NCBI GenBank assembly: GCA_021372415.1
Contig: JAJFUM010000089.1
Location: forward strand, 30 to 64,029
Direction: 5' to 3'
DNA: 64,000 nt
From: Deltaproteobacteria bacterium
Lineage (GTDB): Bacteria; Desulfobacterota; Syntrophia; Syntrophales; UBA5619
In this document: piece after piece, positions 28,061 through 36,967 of the stretch
Layout of the letters: every line of letters starts with the position of its first letter
How positions within the stretch are numbered: the first letter of the stretch is position 1
Position numbers and translations under genes: made by a program
Notes under the pieces: model-generated
Database searches by the model: none
The model's input: the letters and a program-made list of their open reading frames with translations, nothing else
Told to the model about the DNA's origin: nothing

Positions 28061-28738
28061 TCAGCGCAGGGCTTTTCGAATCACCTCGGCCGGAAAGGGC
28101 TTCCCGTGGGCCGGATAGACCGTCTTGGCGCCGGCATGCAGGAGCAACGTCCAACTCTCCCGAACCTGCTGGACGTCCTCGGCAAAGATGGGCAGACCCG
28201 GACCTAGGCGCAGAGGCCAGGCGTTCATCGCCAGATCGCCCACAAAGGCCTCCCCTGTTTCCAAGAGGACGCTGACGGAACCGCTGGAATGCCCAGGCGT
28301 GGGAAGGACGTTTCCGGGGATTCCATAGTCGTAAAGCGAAAAGGCCTGGTTCTCGAGGACGACATCGACCTTGGCCGCGGGGATGTCGATCCAGGGAAGA
28401 AAGCCCACCATGACGCCTGCCAGGAGCCGCCCCCAAGCCGTTACACCCGGCTCCAAGCGCTTTTGGGATTTTTCCAGCCACGCCTTCTCTTCGCGGTGCA
28501 GGGCCACCTTGGCCCCGGTGATGTCCCTGATGACGCTGGCCGAACCGATGTGGTCCCAATGACCGTGGGTGAGGATGATCAACCCGATCTCATCGGGTAT
28601 CAGGGAGAGCCGGTCCATGGCTCTCAGAAAGCCCCTCATCATCCCCGGCGATCCGCCGTCGATCATAACGATTCCGTCGCCTTGGAGCAGATAGCACCGA
28701 TCGGCTCCCAATTTCATGGTATGGATGAATACATTCAT
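28061..28738 (-). CDS. MBL-fold metallo-hydrolase
   Basis: 'LILTHGHWDHIG' HxHxDH motif. Start at MNVFIH (alternative 28771). Confidence 0.8.
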   Translation of the reverse strand: MNVFIHTMKLGADRCYLLQGDGIVMIDGGSPGMMRGFLRAMDRLSLIPDEIGLIILTHGHWDHIGSASVIRDITGAKVALHREEKAWLEKSQKRLEPGVTAWGRLLAGVMVGFLPWIDIPAAKVDVVLENQAFSLYDYGIPGNVLPTPGHSSGSVSVLLETGEAFVGDLAMNAWPLRLGPGLPIFAEDVQQVRESWTLLLHAGAKTVYPAHGKPFPAEVIRKALR

Positions 28739-28784
28739 GTGAAACGCGCCGTCTCTCCCTTGCCGCAGCATCGCGCCGCCACGT

Positions 28785-29708
28785 TCAGAGCGGATCCCTC
28801 CTGAAGTACCTCCAGACCCCCAGCACACCGATCAGGGAGATCACCGAGAGACCGAGGATGATCCAGAAGGCGTAGTCGTTTTTCTGCAGGGGGATGGCCA
28901 CGTTCATGGAGAAGGTGCTGACCACGAGCGTGGGGATCATGATGCCGATCGTAACGATGTTCAGCCGCTTCATGAGGATGTTCAGGTTGTTGTTGACGAT
29001 GGAGGCCCGGGCGGCCGTCATCGACGAGAGGATATTGGAATACATCCTGGCCTGCTTGAAGCACTGGTAATTCTCGATGATGATGTCATCGAGGAATTCC
29101 CGGTCTTCCGGAGAGCGGAGCATCTGCTGGCCCAGGTGCCTCATCTTCTCCAGGAGGGCGCTGTTGGACGACATGGCGTTGAGATAGTAGACCAAACTCT
29201 TTTCGAGATCGAAGAGCTGCAGCAGATACCGGTTCTCCATGGAAGAACTGATCTTTTCCGACAGGTCTTCGGAAACCCGGGCGATGATCTGCAGGTGGGT
29301 CCGGAAGAGGGAAATGGAGGCATTGATGAGTTTGAGCATCACCTCCTCCGGACGGCCGATTCTGGAAAAGGGTCTTCCCGAGAAAGGTGCAGGTTCCTCG
29401 GCGGAGACGACGATCAAAAGATCCGCAAAGAGGAAGAAACCGACGGACGTAACTTTGAATTCCAGGTCCCCTCCGGGGACATGGTTCCGGGGAACCTTGA
29501 AGATCACGGCCCGATGGTTCGGCTCAATCTCGATGCGGGCCTGTTCGTCCGGGTCCAGGGTGGAATGGAGGGTATGCTCATCAAGCCCGTGATGATGAAT
29601 CAGGACCCTCTGCTCGTCCTCATCGGGAGCGGCAAACCAGGCAACCCGCGCAAAAGCCGGGTGGCATTCGACCAGGCGCTCGTCTTCGATGTTGTAAGAC
29701 CGTATCAT
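28785..29708 (-). CDS. CorA-family divalent-cation channel homolog with SMN in place of GMN
   Basis: Cytoplasmic N-domain plus two C-terminal TM helices. Signature position reads 'STFSMNVAIP' instead of YGMNF. Confidence 0.7.
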   Translation of the reverse strand: MIRSYNIEDERLVECHPAFARVAWFAAPDEDEQRVLIHHHGLDEHTLHSTLDPDEQARIEIEPNHRAVIFKVPRNHVPGGDLEFKVTSVGFFLFADLLIVVSAEEPAPFSGRPFSRIGRPEEVMLKLINASISLFRTHLQIIARVSEDLSEKISSSMENRYLLQLFDLEKSLVYYLNAMSSNSALLEKMRHLGQQMLRSPEDREFLDDIIIENYQCFKQARMYSNILSSMTAARASIVNNNLNILMKRLNIVTIGIMIPTLVVSTFSMNVAIPLQKNDYAFWIILGLSVISLIGVLGVWRYFRRDPL

Positions 29709-29778
29709 CGGTTATCCCCTGTCATCCCCCTTTCCTTCCCGGCAAATCCGGGAAGAAAAAGGGGGCTGCGTTCGTTCT

Positions 29779-30078
29779 TCAGAGTTCGGATGCCGGCTCA
29801 AGATGGCTAATGGACAAGCTGTCGCCTTCCATCGGCACAGCCTCGCCTTTCTTCCATTTAAGCTCGATGACGAGTTTCTCCCGCAGATTATCCTTTTCCA
29901 GCTTGGCCTCCGCCTCCAGTTCGAGAGTGACCGGATCCTGGGGTTTCAGGTTGATGACCTCGTCATTTTTCCGGATACAGAGTTGACCTTCCTTGAGGGA
30001 TGTCACCAGGTGTTCCAGATGTTTGATCACTTCCACCAATGCCACTTTTGATTTGACCTTCAACTGTTGACTTGCCAT
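29779..30078 (-). CDS. amphi-Trp domain protein (paralog A)
   Basis: 99 aa. 'LEHLVTSLKEGQLCI...INLKPQDPVTLELEAEAK...KLVIELKWKK'. Same pattern as ORFs 30122..30649 and 35532..35813. Confidence 0.7.
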   Translation of the reverse strand: MASQQLKVKSKVALVEVIKHLEHLVTSLKEGQLCIRKNDEVINLKPQDPVTLELEAEAKLEKDNLREKLVIELKWKKGEAVPMEGDSLSISHLEPASEL

Positions 30079-30121
30079 ACTGTCTACCTCCTGATGAAGT
30101 GATGGAAAAAACAGGCGATAC

Positions 30122-30649
30122 CTAAGCAGCGCCAGATTGCCCCCTCCTTTTTGGAGAGGCGCTATTTTTTATGAGGGGTTTCTTCCGCACGGACGCTTTC
30201 AATCGTTTCGTGCCATGTCCCACGTTTCTTTTTTCAATCGTTCCGGAAAACGTTTCATTCCTGTGCGTGTCGCTCGTTCCCGCTTCCAGGCTGTTTCCGC
30301 CCGGTTCACCGGACGGTTCGGGGAGGGATCCCGGCCGGTTACGGGGCGCGTAGTCTGCCGCCTCCGATCGGGGAATCGAAAAGATCTCCTTCTCTTTCCC
30401 TAACGACCAGGATTCCCGGATCCTCCACGAGAGCTTGAGGACCATTTTCTCTTTCCAGATCCCATGGCTCGCTTTGCTCGCCGCTTCCAGTTCGATGGAG
30501 ACCGGCGTCCGGGGCTTGAGCAGAATGGACTTCCCCTCGTGGGTGAGGTAAATGGTCCCCTGCTTGAGACATTCGATCAAGCCCTCCAAGTAGCGGGCGG
30601 CAACGGAGAATCCCGTTCTCGTTCGGACCCGTAGGTATTGGTCGGACAT
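30122..30649 (-). CDS. amphi-Trp domain protein (paralog B) with about 90-aa low-complexity basic tail
   Basis: 'LEGLIECLKQGTIYL...ILLKPRTPVSIELEAASK...KMVLKLSWRI', then a Ser/Pro/Arg/Lys-rich tail. Confidence 0.65.
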   Translation of the reverse strand: MSDQYLRVRTRTGFSVAARYLEGLIECLKQGTIYLTHEGKSILLKPRTPVSIELEAASKASHGIWKEKMVLKLSWRIRESWSLGKEKEIFSIPRSEAADYAPRNRPGSLPEPSGEPGGNSLEAGTSDTHRNETFSGTIEKRNVGHGTKRLKASVRKKPLIKNSASPKRRGQSGAA

Positions 30650-30667
30650 ACGGCACCTCCTGAGGGT

Positions 30668-31885
30668 TTATGTTAAGGACAGAAGGACATCGCAGAGACG
30701 TTCGGGATCCACATAGGGCGAGCTGTCCTCGGTGACCAGCGTCGCTTCGAGGATCCCGATCCCCCACTCACGGATCCTCTCCAGATCGAGATCGAAAGGA
30801 TACCTCCCCCACCTGCTGTCCAAGACGATCCAGTCCAGATAGTCCGTCGGTTCTCCCGGATGATCCCCCTGAAGACAGCGGATCATGGTCCGGACGGCAT
30901 CGCCCAGGGACATCCCTGCCTGCTCCGTGTCCGGGAGCGTGTTGGGAACAAAGACTTTTGGACAGCGGTTGGCCGCAATGGCGGCACCCACGCCCCGTGG
31001 AAGGAGATTCGCCAGAACACTCGAATAGAAGCTCCCCATGGGGTAACAGATGATCTCGGCGCCGTCGATCAGAGCCGCGGTTTCAGAGGAGATCTCCGTC
31101 TGGACCCGCTCGGGCAGATCGACCGAAGCGCTCAGGAACAGCTCATCGATGGGGCTTCTCGCCTTGAGAAACGCATCGCCGGTGATCCGATGCTGTCCTA
31201 CCAGGGTCTGACCGCTTTGGAGTCTCGCCGCCAGGTGGAGGTCGTCGGTGACGACGGGCCTGACCAGTCCCTGGACCTCCACCAGCCGTGAAAAGAGATA
31301 GATGACCGTCTCGATGTGGCGATGGTGGTTCAGATAGCCCGCCGTCAGGATGATATTGCCGATGTTGGCCCCCCTAAGATCGAAGTCGCCGGGCATGAGC
31401 CGGAGGAAGTCCTCGATATGGCCGCAGACGATGGACCGCATCGGCACGGGGATGCCGTCGACGAGGGAATCCAGGCCTTCGGCGATCATCTGCAGCTTCT
31501 CCCGGAGTCGGTCCGACGGATCGTCCGCAGGAAGCCGGTAGGAAAAGAGTCGATAGATTTCCGGGTTGCCCTTGATGGACTGATCGGCAAGGGCCATGAG
31601 GCGGTTCCTCACATCCCCGATGGAAAGCATCCGAAAGGCACGGCGGATCTCGGCGGAACTGCCCCCGGAATCGAAGGGGGTGATGATGTGGACGGAATTG
31701 TGGGTATACCGGATCAGGGTCTTGCTGAACCGTTTGAGGGCAGTGCCGCCGCTGAAGAAGAGCAGGCGCGGTCCGAGTTCGGGCGCCTTTTCGTAACGGG
31801 CGATCTTCAGTTTGTCCGGCAACAGGGCGCGGCGTTGCAGAACGATCCGCTGCGGAAGTCGTCCCGGGTCCTGCAGGGCCATCAT
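30668..31885 (-). CDS. CofD/YvcK-like protein (GAK-type)
   Basis: 'LLFFSGGTALKRF', 'ITPFDSGGSSAEIR', 'GNIILTAGYL' typical of the CofD/UPF0052 fold. Start at ATG 31885 (ATGA overlap with upstream stop, GGAGGGG RBS). Confidence 0.75.
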   Translation of the reverse strand: MMALQDPGRLPQRIVLQRRALLPDKLKIARYEKAPELGPRLLFFSGGTALKRFSKTLIRYTHNSVHIITPFDSGGSSAEIRRAFRMLSIGDVRNRLMALADQSIKGNPEIYRLFSYRLPADDPSDRLREKLQMIAEGLDSLVDGIPVPMRSIVCGHIEDFLRLMPGDFDLRGANIGNIILTAGYLNHHRHIETVIYLFSRLVEVQGLVRPVVTDDLHLAARLQSGQTLVGQHRITGDAFLKARSPIDELFLSASVDLPERVQTEISSETAALIDGAEIICYPMGSFYSSVLANLLPRGVGAAIAANRCPKVFVPNTLPDTEQAGMSLGDAVRTMIRCLQGDHPGEPTDYLDWIVLDSRWGRYPFDLDLERIREWGIGILEATLVTEDSSPYVDPERLCDVLLSLT

Positions 31886-32973
31886 GTCCCCTCCTGCCGC
31901 AGGAAGTCGAGGCAAAAAACCGCCGCCCCGTCGAAATCGATGCCCCCGGTCGCCTCAAAGACGGCACAGTTGCGGAGCTGTTCCACGTAACGTTCGCTTG
32001 AAAAATCGGGCGGCGTCTCCAATTCCTCGGGAAGAAAGAAGAGACCGGGAGGCTTGATGAAGGCGGCCAGGAGATCCCGCCGCTGGTCGATATCCACCCG
32101 GCGAATGCAAAGGGGCCCGCCGTCTCTCCTCCAGTTGAGCAGAAGCAGGCCCTTCATCAGGGCGCTCAGTTGAAACTTCTTCTCGCCGAAGACCTCGTCA
32201 ATCACCACGTCGTATTTGCGCTCCAAGTGCCATAACGCCTCGGAGTCCCAATCGGCGTACAACCGCCGATCCTCATCGCTGATCACGTCCCGAAGAACCG
32301 GGACGGACAGGAGGGTCCCCGGATTGACGCGGGGCTGCTTGGGAATGCCGTACATCCTGAGGCGTCCCCAGCGCTCCGCGGTCATCAGCCGGTCGTTGCT
32401 GACGAAGGAGGCCCCCCGTGTCAGAAGATGAAGCGCAAGGCTCGACTTGCCGCTTCCGGAGAAACCGGCCAGGGCCATTCCCCGATCCTCCAAGGCAACA
32501 CCGGCCGCATGGGCCAGCAGACTCCCTCCCCGGAGCATCCGCTCGATAAAGCGGTTGTTGATGAAATTGACGATCTGATTGCTGTTGGCCCGGCAAGGTC
32601 CGACCGCCAGATTGTCCTGGCCGTTGAAGAGGAAGCAGAGGCCGGTCAGGCGCTTCCGGACGATCCTTCCGCCCGCCAGGTCCGCATACTCCTCCTTGAC
32701 CCGGGTCTTGCCCGGATCGGGGTCCTTTTGCCGAAGGACCAGGGGCAGGGGCATCTCATCGGCCTCGATGGCGTAGATCAGGATGTCCTCCTGGGATTCC
32801 CAGCAGGTGAACTCCTTGAAGTAGCGGCGCAACTCCGCCATCAGGTCCGGTGAATTCGACTTGACTTGAATGATCAGCTCCCCGATCCCGACAAATAGCC
32901 GCTCATGGGTCGGATACCGATTCAGGACATCGGCGAAGAGATTCTGGAACAGGACCGTCTGCGGATTATTCAT
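31882..32973 (-). CDS. HprK-related P-loop kinase (kinase B type)
   Basis: 'HAAGVALEDRGMALAGFSGSGKSSLALHL' matches the HprK C-terminal kinase Walker A context. 8-nt overlap with the ATP-grasp gene. Confidence 0.7.
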   Translation of the reverse strand: MNNPQTVLFQNLFADVLNRYPTHERLFVGIGELIIQVKSNSPDLMAELRRYFKEFTCWESQEDILIYAIEADEMPLPLVLRQKDPDPGKTRVKEEYADLAGGRIVRKRLTGLCFLFNGQDNLAVGPCRANSNQIVNFINNRFIERMLRGGSLLAHAAGVALEDRGMALAGFSGSGKSSLALHLLTRGASFVSNDRLMTAERWGRLRMYGIPKQPRVNPGTLLSVPVLRDVISDEDRRLYADWDSEALWHLERKYDVVIDEVFGEKKFQLSALMKGLLLLNWRRDGGPLCIRRVDIDQRRDLLAAFIKPPGLFFLPEELETPPDFSSERYVEQLRNCAVFEATGGIDFDGAAVFCLDFLRQEGT

Positions 32974-33847
32974 GAACGGCCTCCAGAACGGAATCCACGA
33001 TCATCTCGGCCATATTGATCCCCTGGGCCTCCCAGAGTCCCCGAAACCCGCCCAGGGCCGAGACCTCGAAGACCATCGGCCCTTCCCGGCCTTCCACGAC
33101 GTCTACACAGGTGAAATCGAGCCCGAACAGCGCCGCGGCCCGGGAGGCCAGCTCGACAATGTCCCGGGAGGGTTTCGCGGCCTCGTAGCGCCCTCCGTTG
33201 ACCGTCGTCGTGTTCCAGGACCCGCCCGGGGCGACACGGGCGTAGGCGCCCACATAGCGCCCCCGGAGAAAGGCGATCCCCAGGTCCCGGCCCGGCAGGT
33301 CGATCTTCTTTTGCACATACAGGACGCAATTGCCCAGGTCCCTGAAGGCACCGATGCTTTCCCGCAGTTCCGGATCGTCGCTCTTCATCACCTCCATCCC
33401 TCGGGCCTTGGAGGTGAAAAGCGGCTTGAAGACGGCTTGCCCGAACCGACGGACGGCCGCCTCGGCCGCCTCGATATGCTCCGTCAGGACTGTCTCCGGC
33501 ATGGGAATCCCCCCGAGCCGCAGGGTGAGGGTGCAGCTGAGACGATCCAGACAGCGGGCAATGGCGGCGGGATCTGAGAAGACCCTGACTCCCCGCTCCC
33601 GAAGGTAACGCAGCATCTCCAGGCGCTGGAGATGGTCCGGACTGTACCGCGCACCGATCTTCTTCACGATCAGGCCGTCGAGCGTGCCCAGATCGATCCC
33701 CTTGTAGAACAGCGTCTCCCGCCGCGATTCATAGCGAACGCGGTCCATCTCCACCAGGAGCCGAAAGCCCGTCTTCTTTTCGACGGCCGCCGTCATCTCT
33801 TCCGAGGACCATCCCCCGGAAATGCCGACGACACCGATCTTCACCAT
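32966..33847 (-). CDS. RimK-like ATP-grasp ligase (GAK-type)
   Basis: 293 aa with a RimK/alpha-L-glutamate-ligase-like layout ('VFKPLFTSKARGMEV', 'VLYVQKKIDLPGRDLGIAFL', 'FTCVDVVEGREGPMVFEVS'). Confidence 0.8.
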   Translation of the reverse strand: MVKIGVVGISGGWSSEEMTAAVEKKTGFRLLVEMDRVRYESRRETLFYKGIDLGTLDGLIVKKIGARYSPDHLQRLEMLRYLRERGVRVFSDPAAIARCLDRLSCTLTLRLGGIPMPETVLTEHIEAAEAAVRRFGQAVFKPLFTSKARGMEVMKSDDPELRESIGAFRDLGNCVLYVQKKIDLPGRDLGIAFLRGRYVGAYARVAPGGSWNTTTVNGGRYEAAKPSRDIVELASRAAALFGLDFTCVDVVEGREGPMVFEVSALGGFRGLWEAQGINMAEMIVDSVLEAVHE

Positions 33848-33897
33848 CCCTTGTCATCCTTTCCGCCGAATCGCTTTTCAAAATTCCGCCAGCGGGA

Positions 33898-35535
33898 TCA
33901 ATAAACCCAGATATCCCGGGGAACGCGGAACTGTTCCCAGGGCCTTCCCTCGTGCTCCAAGAGCCGATCCAGCAGGTAGATCCCCCGCAGAAAAAGGTCC
34001 TTGGAAAAATCCTCCTTGAGGATGAACCTTGTGGAGGAGATCAGAGACCGGATCAGGCCGAGGGCCAATCGGGCATCGAAGGTCTCGTCCCCGTGCCGTT
34101 CCGAGAACTCCCTCGCGAAGCAGTAGAACTCATCGATCACCTCCGACAGCCAGTGGCGCAAGCCTGGATTGAACAGGGGCATCCGGAAATTCGAGATCAT
34201 GAAGACGGACACGTCCTGCACATAATCCAGGTCGTGGGAACGATGGAGGTCGATATAGTAAATGCGGTTTTCCCGGTGATTGTAGAGGATGTTGTCCGCA
34301 TTGAAGTCCCCATGGATGAAGACGGAAAAGGGAGGCGTCAAGGCCGCTTCGATCCTCGCCGCCTGCTTCAGCCGATCGACGAAGGGCGGCCGTTCCAAGC
34401 TGCCGATGATCTGAGTCGGCCTGTTGAAGGACGAGTGGACCTCATAGACTTCGGGTAATTTCCCCAGGAGCTGCCGCATGAAGTTCGCCGGTTTCCCCTC
34501 GGGAAGCTTGGTCCGGGTCCAGACCGCATCCATGACGCCCTTCAGCTCTCTGAAGGCCTGCCGGAACAGCGCGCCGTTCTGCTTGATGACGATCTCCTGA
34601 AAATTCAGGCCTTCGATGCACTCCAGAAGCATGAACGCCTTGCCGTTGAGGGGCTGGAAACCGAAGACCTTCGGCGTCAAGCCCGGCATGATCTCCTGCC
34701 AGCGCCCCAGTTTCTCCCTCTCCTGTTCGATCTTCCCCAGTTCCCCCTCCTTGAAGATCACCTCCTGGACGCCTTTCGGGATATCCGGGGATACGACCTT
34801 CTCGATGCGGCATCCCGAACGGGTCTCGGCATGGATGTCTTCGATGGTGAACTTGCCGCCGGCCGCGGGGAGGTGGTCCTGCAGAGCCAAATACTCGAAG
34901 AGTTTCAGTCTGCTGCCGGCATAGGCGGAGATGATGGCCTCTCCGATGTTGAGAAGCGAATCGCCGATCCGCTCCAGGTAACGGAGGATCATCAGGGCGG
35001 TGACCGCATTGCCGATGTCGCGCCCCTCCCGGAGGATCGCCATGAGGGCATCGAAATCCCGCTTGTAGAGCCGATCCAGCTCGATCTCCGCCCGGCAGAC
35101 GGCCAGGGCGTCCTTGACGATTCCCTTGAACAGGCTGGGCACGATCAGGTCGAGGGCCTCCTCAATCACCCGGAAATAGGCCTGGTAGTCGAAGTGACCC
35201 ATGAAGGTGGGGTCGCTTAAATACTGCACCTGGGTCACGATGTTGATCAGGTAGTCGCCGATCTCCTCGAGGTTGCTCACGGCCGTGTTGAGGGACCCCA
35301 TCATCCGGATGACCCGGTCGTCTTCCGAGCGGCTCCTCAAAATCTTCCGGTAGCTCTTCCGTTCGATGGTGATCTTGAGATTGTCGATATAGTCCTCGCG
35401 GGTCCTCATACGGTCCGGAAGGGTCTTCTCACCGAGCTCCAGGACACCGAGCGTGTCCTCCAACTGTCGCCGGATCCGCACAACGAGAAACATGAAGTTT
35501 TCATTGAGGCCCTTGAAGGCAAACATCGGACTCAT
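33898..35535 (-). CDS. fusion protein: two PhoU repeats plus APH/choline-kinase-like phosphotransferase domain
   Basis: PhoU signatures 'LEEIGDYLINIV' and 'LERIGDSLLNIGEAI' (compare the canonical phoU here: 'LERIGDMAANITE'). C-terminal 'FIHGDFNADNILY' (HxDxxxxN catalytic loop) and 'IYYIDLHRS'. Start is ATG 35535, in ATGA overlap with the amphi-Trp C stop. Confidence 0.75.
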   Translation of the reverse strand: MSPMFAFKGLNENFMFLVVRIRRQLEDTLGVLELGEKTLPDRMRTREDYIDNLKITIERKSYRKILRSRSEDDRVIRMMGSLNTAVSNLEEIGDYLINIVTQVQYLSDPTFMGHFDYQAYFRVIEEALDLIVPSLFKGIVKDALAVCRAEIELDRLYKRDFDALMAILREGRDIGNAVTALMILRYLERIGDSLLNIGEAIISAYAGSRLKLFEYLALQDHLPAAGGKFTIEDIHAETRSGCRIEKVVSPDIPKGVQEVIFKEGELGKIEQEREKLGRWQEIMPGLTPKVFGFQPLNGKAFMLLECIEGLNFQEIVIKQNGALFRQAFRELKGVMDAVWTRTKLPEGKPANFMRQLLGKLPEVYEVHSSFNRPTQIIGSLERPPFVDRLKQAARIEAALTPPFSVFIHGDFNADNILYNHRENRIYYIDLHRSHDLDYVQDVSVFMISNFRMPLFNPGLRHWLSEVIDEFYCFAREFSERHGDETFDARLALGLIRSLISSTRFILKEDFSKDLFLRGIYLLDRLLEHEGRPWEQFRVPRDIWVY

Positions 35536-35813
35536 CCCTGGTCGGTCCGGATGGCCAGGACCTGCTTCGGCTTGCCTTCGGCCTGCCGTTGATCCTTCCA
35601 GACAAACTTGATGGAAAGCTTCGACTTCCGATGACGGCTTCTGGCCTTGATCTCCACCTGGATCAGGCCCGACGGCTCCAGGAGGATTTCCTCCTGGCCG
35701 GTTTGAAACTCCAGCCTCTGACTCCGGAACCCTTCGGAAAGGGTCTGGAGGTATCGGACAACGGATTCCTTGTCTTCGATGGATTCGTGTTGAAAGTCCT
35801 TGACCTGTTCCAT
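35532..35813 (-). CDS. amphi-Trp domain protein (paralog C)
   Basis: 'VVRYLQTLSEGFRSQRLEF...ILLEPSGLIQVEIKARSR...KLSIKFVWKD'. ATG at 35813 is preceded by AAAGGGGG; the track ORF starts at TTG 35828. Confidence 0.65.
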   Translation of the reverse strand: MEQVKDFQHESIEDKESVVRYLQTLSEGFRSQRLEFQTGQEEILLEPSGLIQVEIKARSRHRKSKLSIKFVWKDQRQAEGKPKQVLAIRTDQG

Positions 35814-35824
35814 GCAGCCCCCTT

Positions 35825-36967
35825 TCAAACCGTTCCGCCGGCAAGGCGGGATTGGTACTCGTCGATGACCTTTCTCTTGTCGAAATCCCCCATATTGAGA
35901 ATCTTGCGGACGGCCGTATCGTCCCAGGGGGGTTGATGGCCGATTTCACGGGCGGCCTTGTCGGGATCCTGTTGTTCGGGATCGAGGATCTTTTCGCTCA
36001 GATGGGTATCGTCCCCCATCATGACCAGCAGGCGTCTGCCCCCCTGCCCGGCCTTGTTCTTCCTGATCACCGTCTGGATCAAGAATTCCGTAAACTCCCG
36101 GGATTGCGGATTCCAAACCTCATAGCCGTCCACATCATAATCGGCCAGAAGGACAGGCCAGAACTGCTCCGGATGGGGCACGACGACCCCGCCGGCCAAT
36201 CCTCTGGCCTCCTCGATGATCTCGTTCACCTCATAGAAATAGTCGAGACGAAACCGTCGCTTCACGACCTCCTTGACCCCGGCCGCAAAGATCACCGACC
36301 TGTCGATTGCATGGGCATCGTAAAACTCCCGATGGGCGTTGATGTAACTGATCACCAGCTTGTTCTTCAGCGCCATGTCGGGAATCGAATCGGACCTCAA
36401 TTCAATCATCCTTTTGAGCTTTCCGGCCAGGACCCCGGTAAAGAGGACCAATGCTTCCTCGGTTCCCGTATGCCTGGCCGCTTCCAGGAGGCACCCCTCA
36501 TGACGGGGATCGACCAACGTCTCCAGAAACTCGAACAACTGCGTCTGTCGATACTGGCGGGTATGGGCGATCATGGACCTCAGGCTGTGGGCCTTTTCGA
36601 TCTCTCCGGACCGGAAATGGAGCAGGATCTGAATCTTGCGATTGAAGGCATCGGCCCGACAGTCTACCTCGGCACCCGCGTAATCGCCGTAGACGAGGAT
36701 CTCATTGTGCTGGGTCGGAATGATCAGGGTCTGACCGGCATGGGGATAGACCCTCCGCAGCCTCGTTTCGACCAGCGGCAGGGGGACCATCTCCGGGTGC
36801 CAGTGGATGGCCAGAACAGACCCCTCCGTGTCGAAAATCTTCCCCGGGCAGACGATGCGTTCGATCTGCAGCGGGGTGAGTTCCATCGCGGTCAGTTTCT
36901 CAAAGATCTGCAGATCCCATTCCGTAATTTCCTCCACGGCATCCTGGAGGTTTCTGATTGCTGGCAT
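35825..36967 (-). CDS. hypothetical protein, possible PHP-like metal-dependent phosphoesterase
   Basis: His/Asp motifs in PHP-like order: 'AIHWHPE' (HxH), 'PTQHNE', 'VVPHPEQF', 'DGYEVWN', 'MGDDTHL' (GxDxH). Start uncertain (ATG 36967 or TTG 37006). Confidence 0.4.
   Translation of the reverse strand: MPAIRNLQDAVEEITEWDLQIFEKLTAMELTPLQIERIVCPGKIFDTEGSVLAIHWHPEMVPLPLVETRLRRVYPHAGQTLIIPTQHNEILVYGDYAGAEVDCRADAFNRKIQILLHFRSGEIEKAHSLRSMIAHTRQYRQTQLFEFLETLVDPRHEGCLLEAARHTGTEEALVLFTGVLAGKLKRMIELRSDSIPDMALKNKLVISYINAHREFYDAHAIDRSVIFAAGVKEVVKRRFRLDYFYEVNEIIEEARGLAGGVVVPHPEQFWPVLLADYDVDGYEVWNPQSREFTEFLIQTVIRKNKAGQGGRRLLVMMGDDTHLSEKILDPEQQDPDKAAREIGHQPPWDDTAVRKILNMGDFDKRKVIDEYQSRLAGGTV

Noticed and set aside
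30122-30400. C-terminal tail of amphi-Trp paralog B as the 'XXXCH domain' that NCBI names associate with GAK systems
   Set aside because: The tail has no Cys, hence no CH motif, and looks like low-complexity basic sequence. I cannot support that domain call from the sequence.
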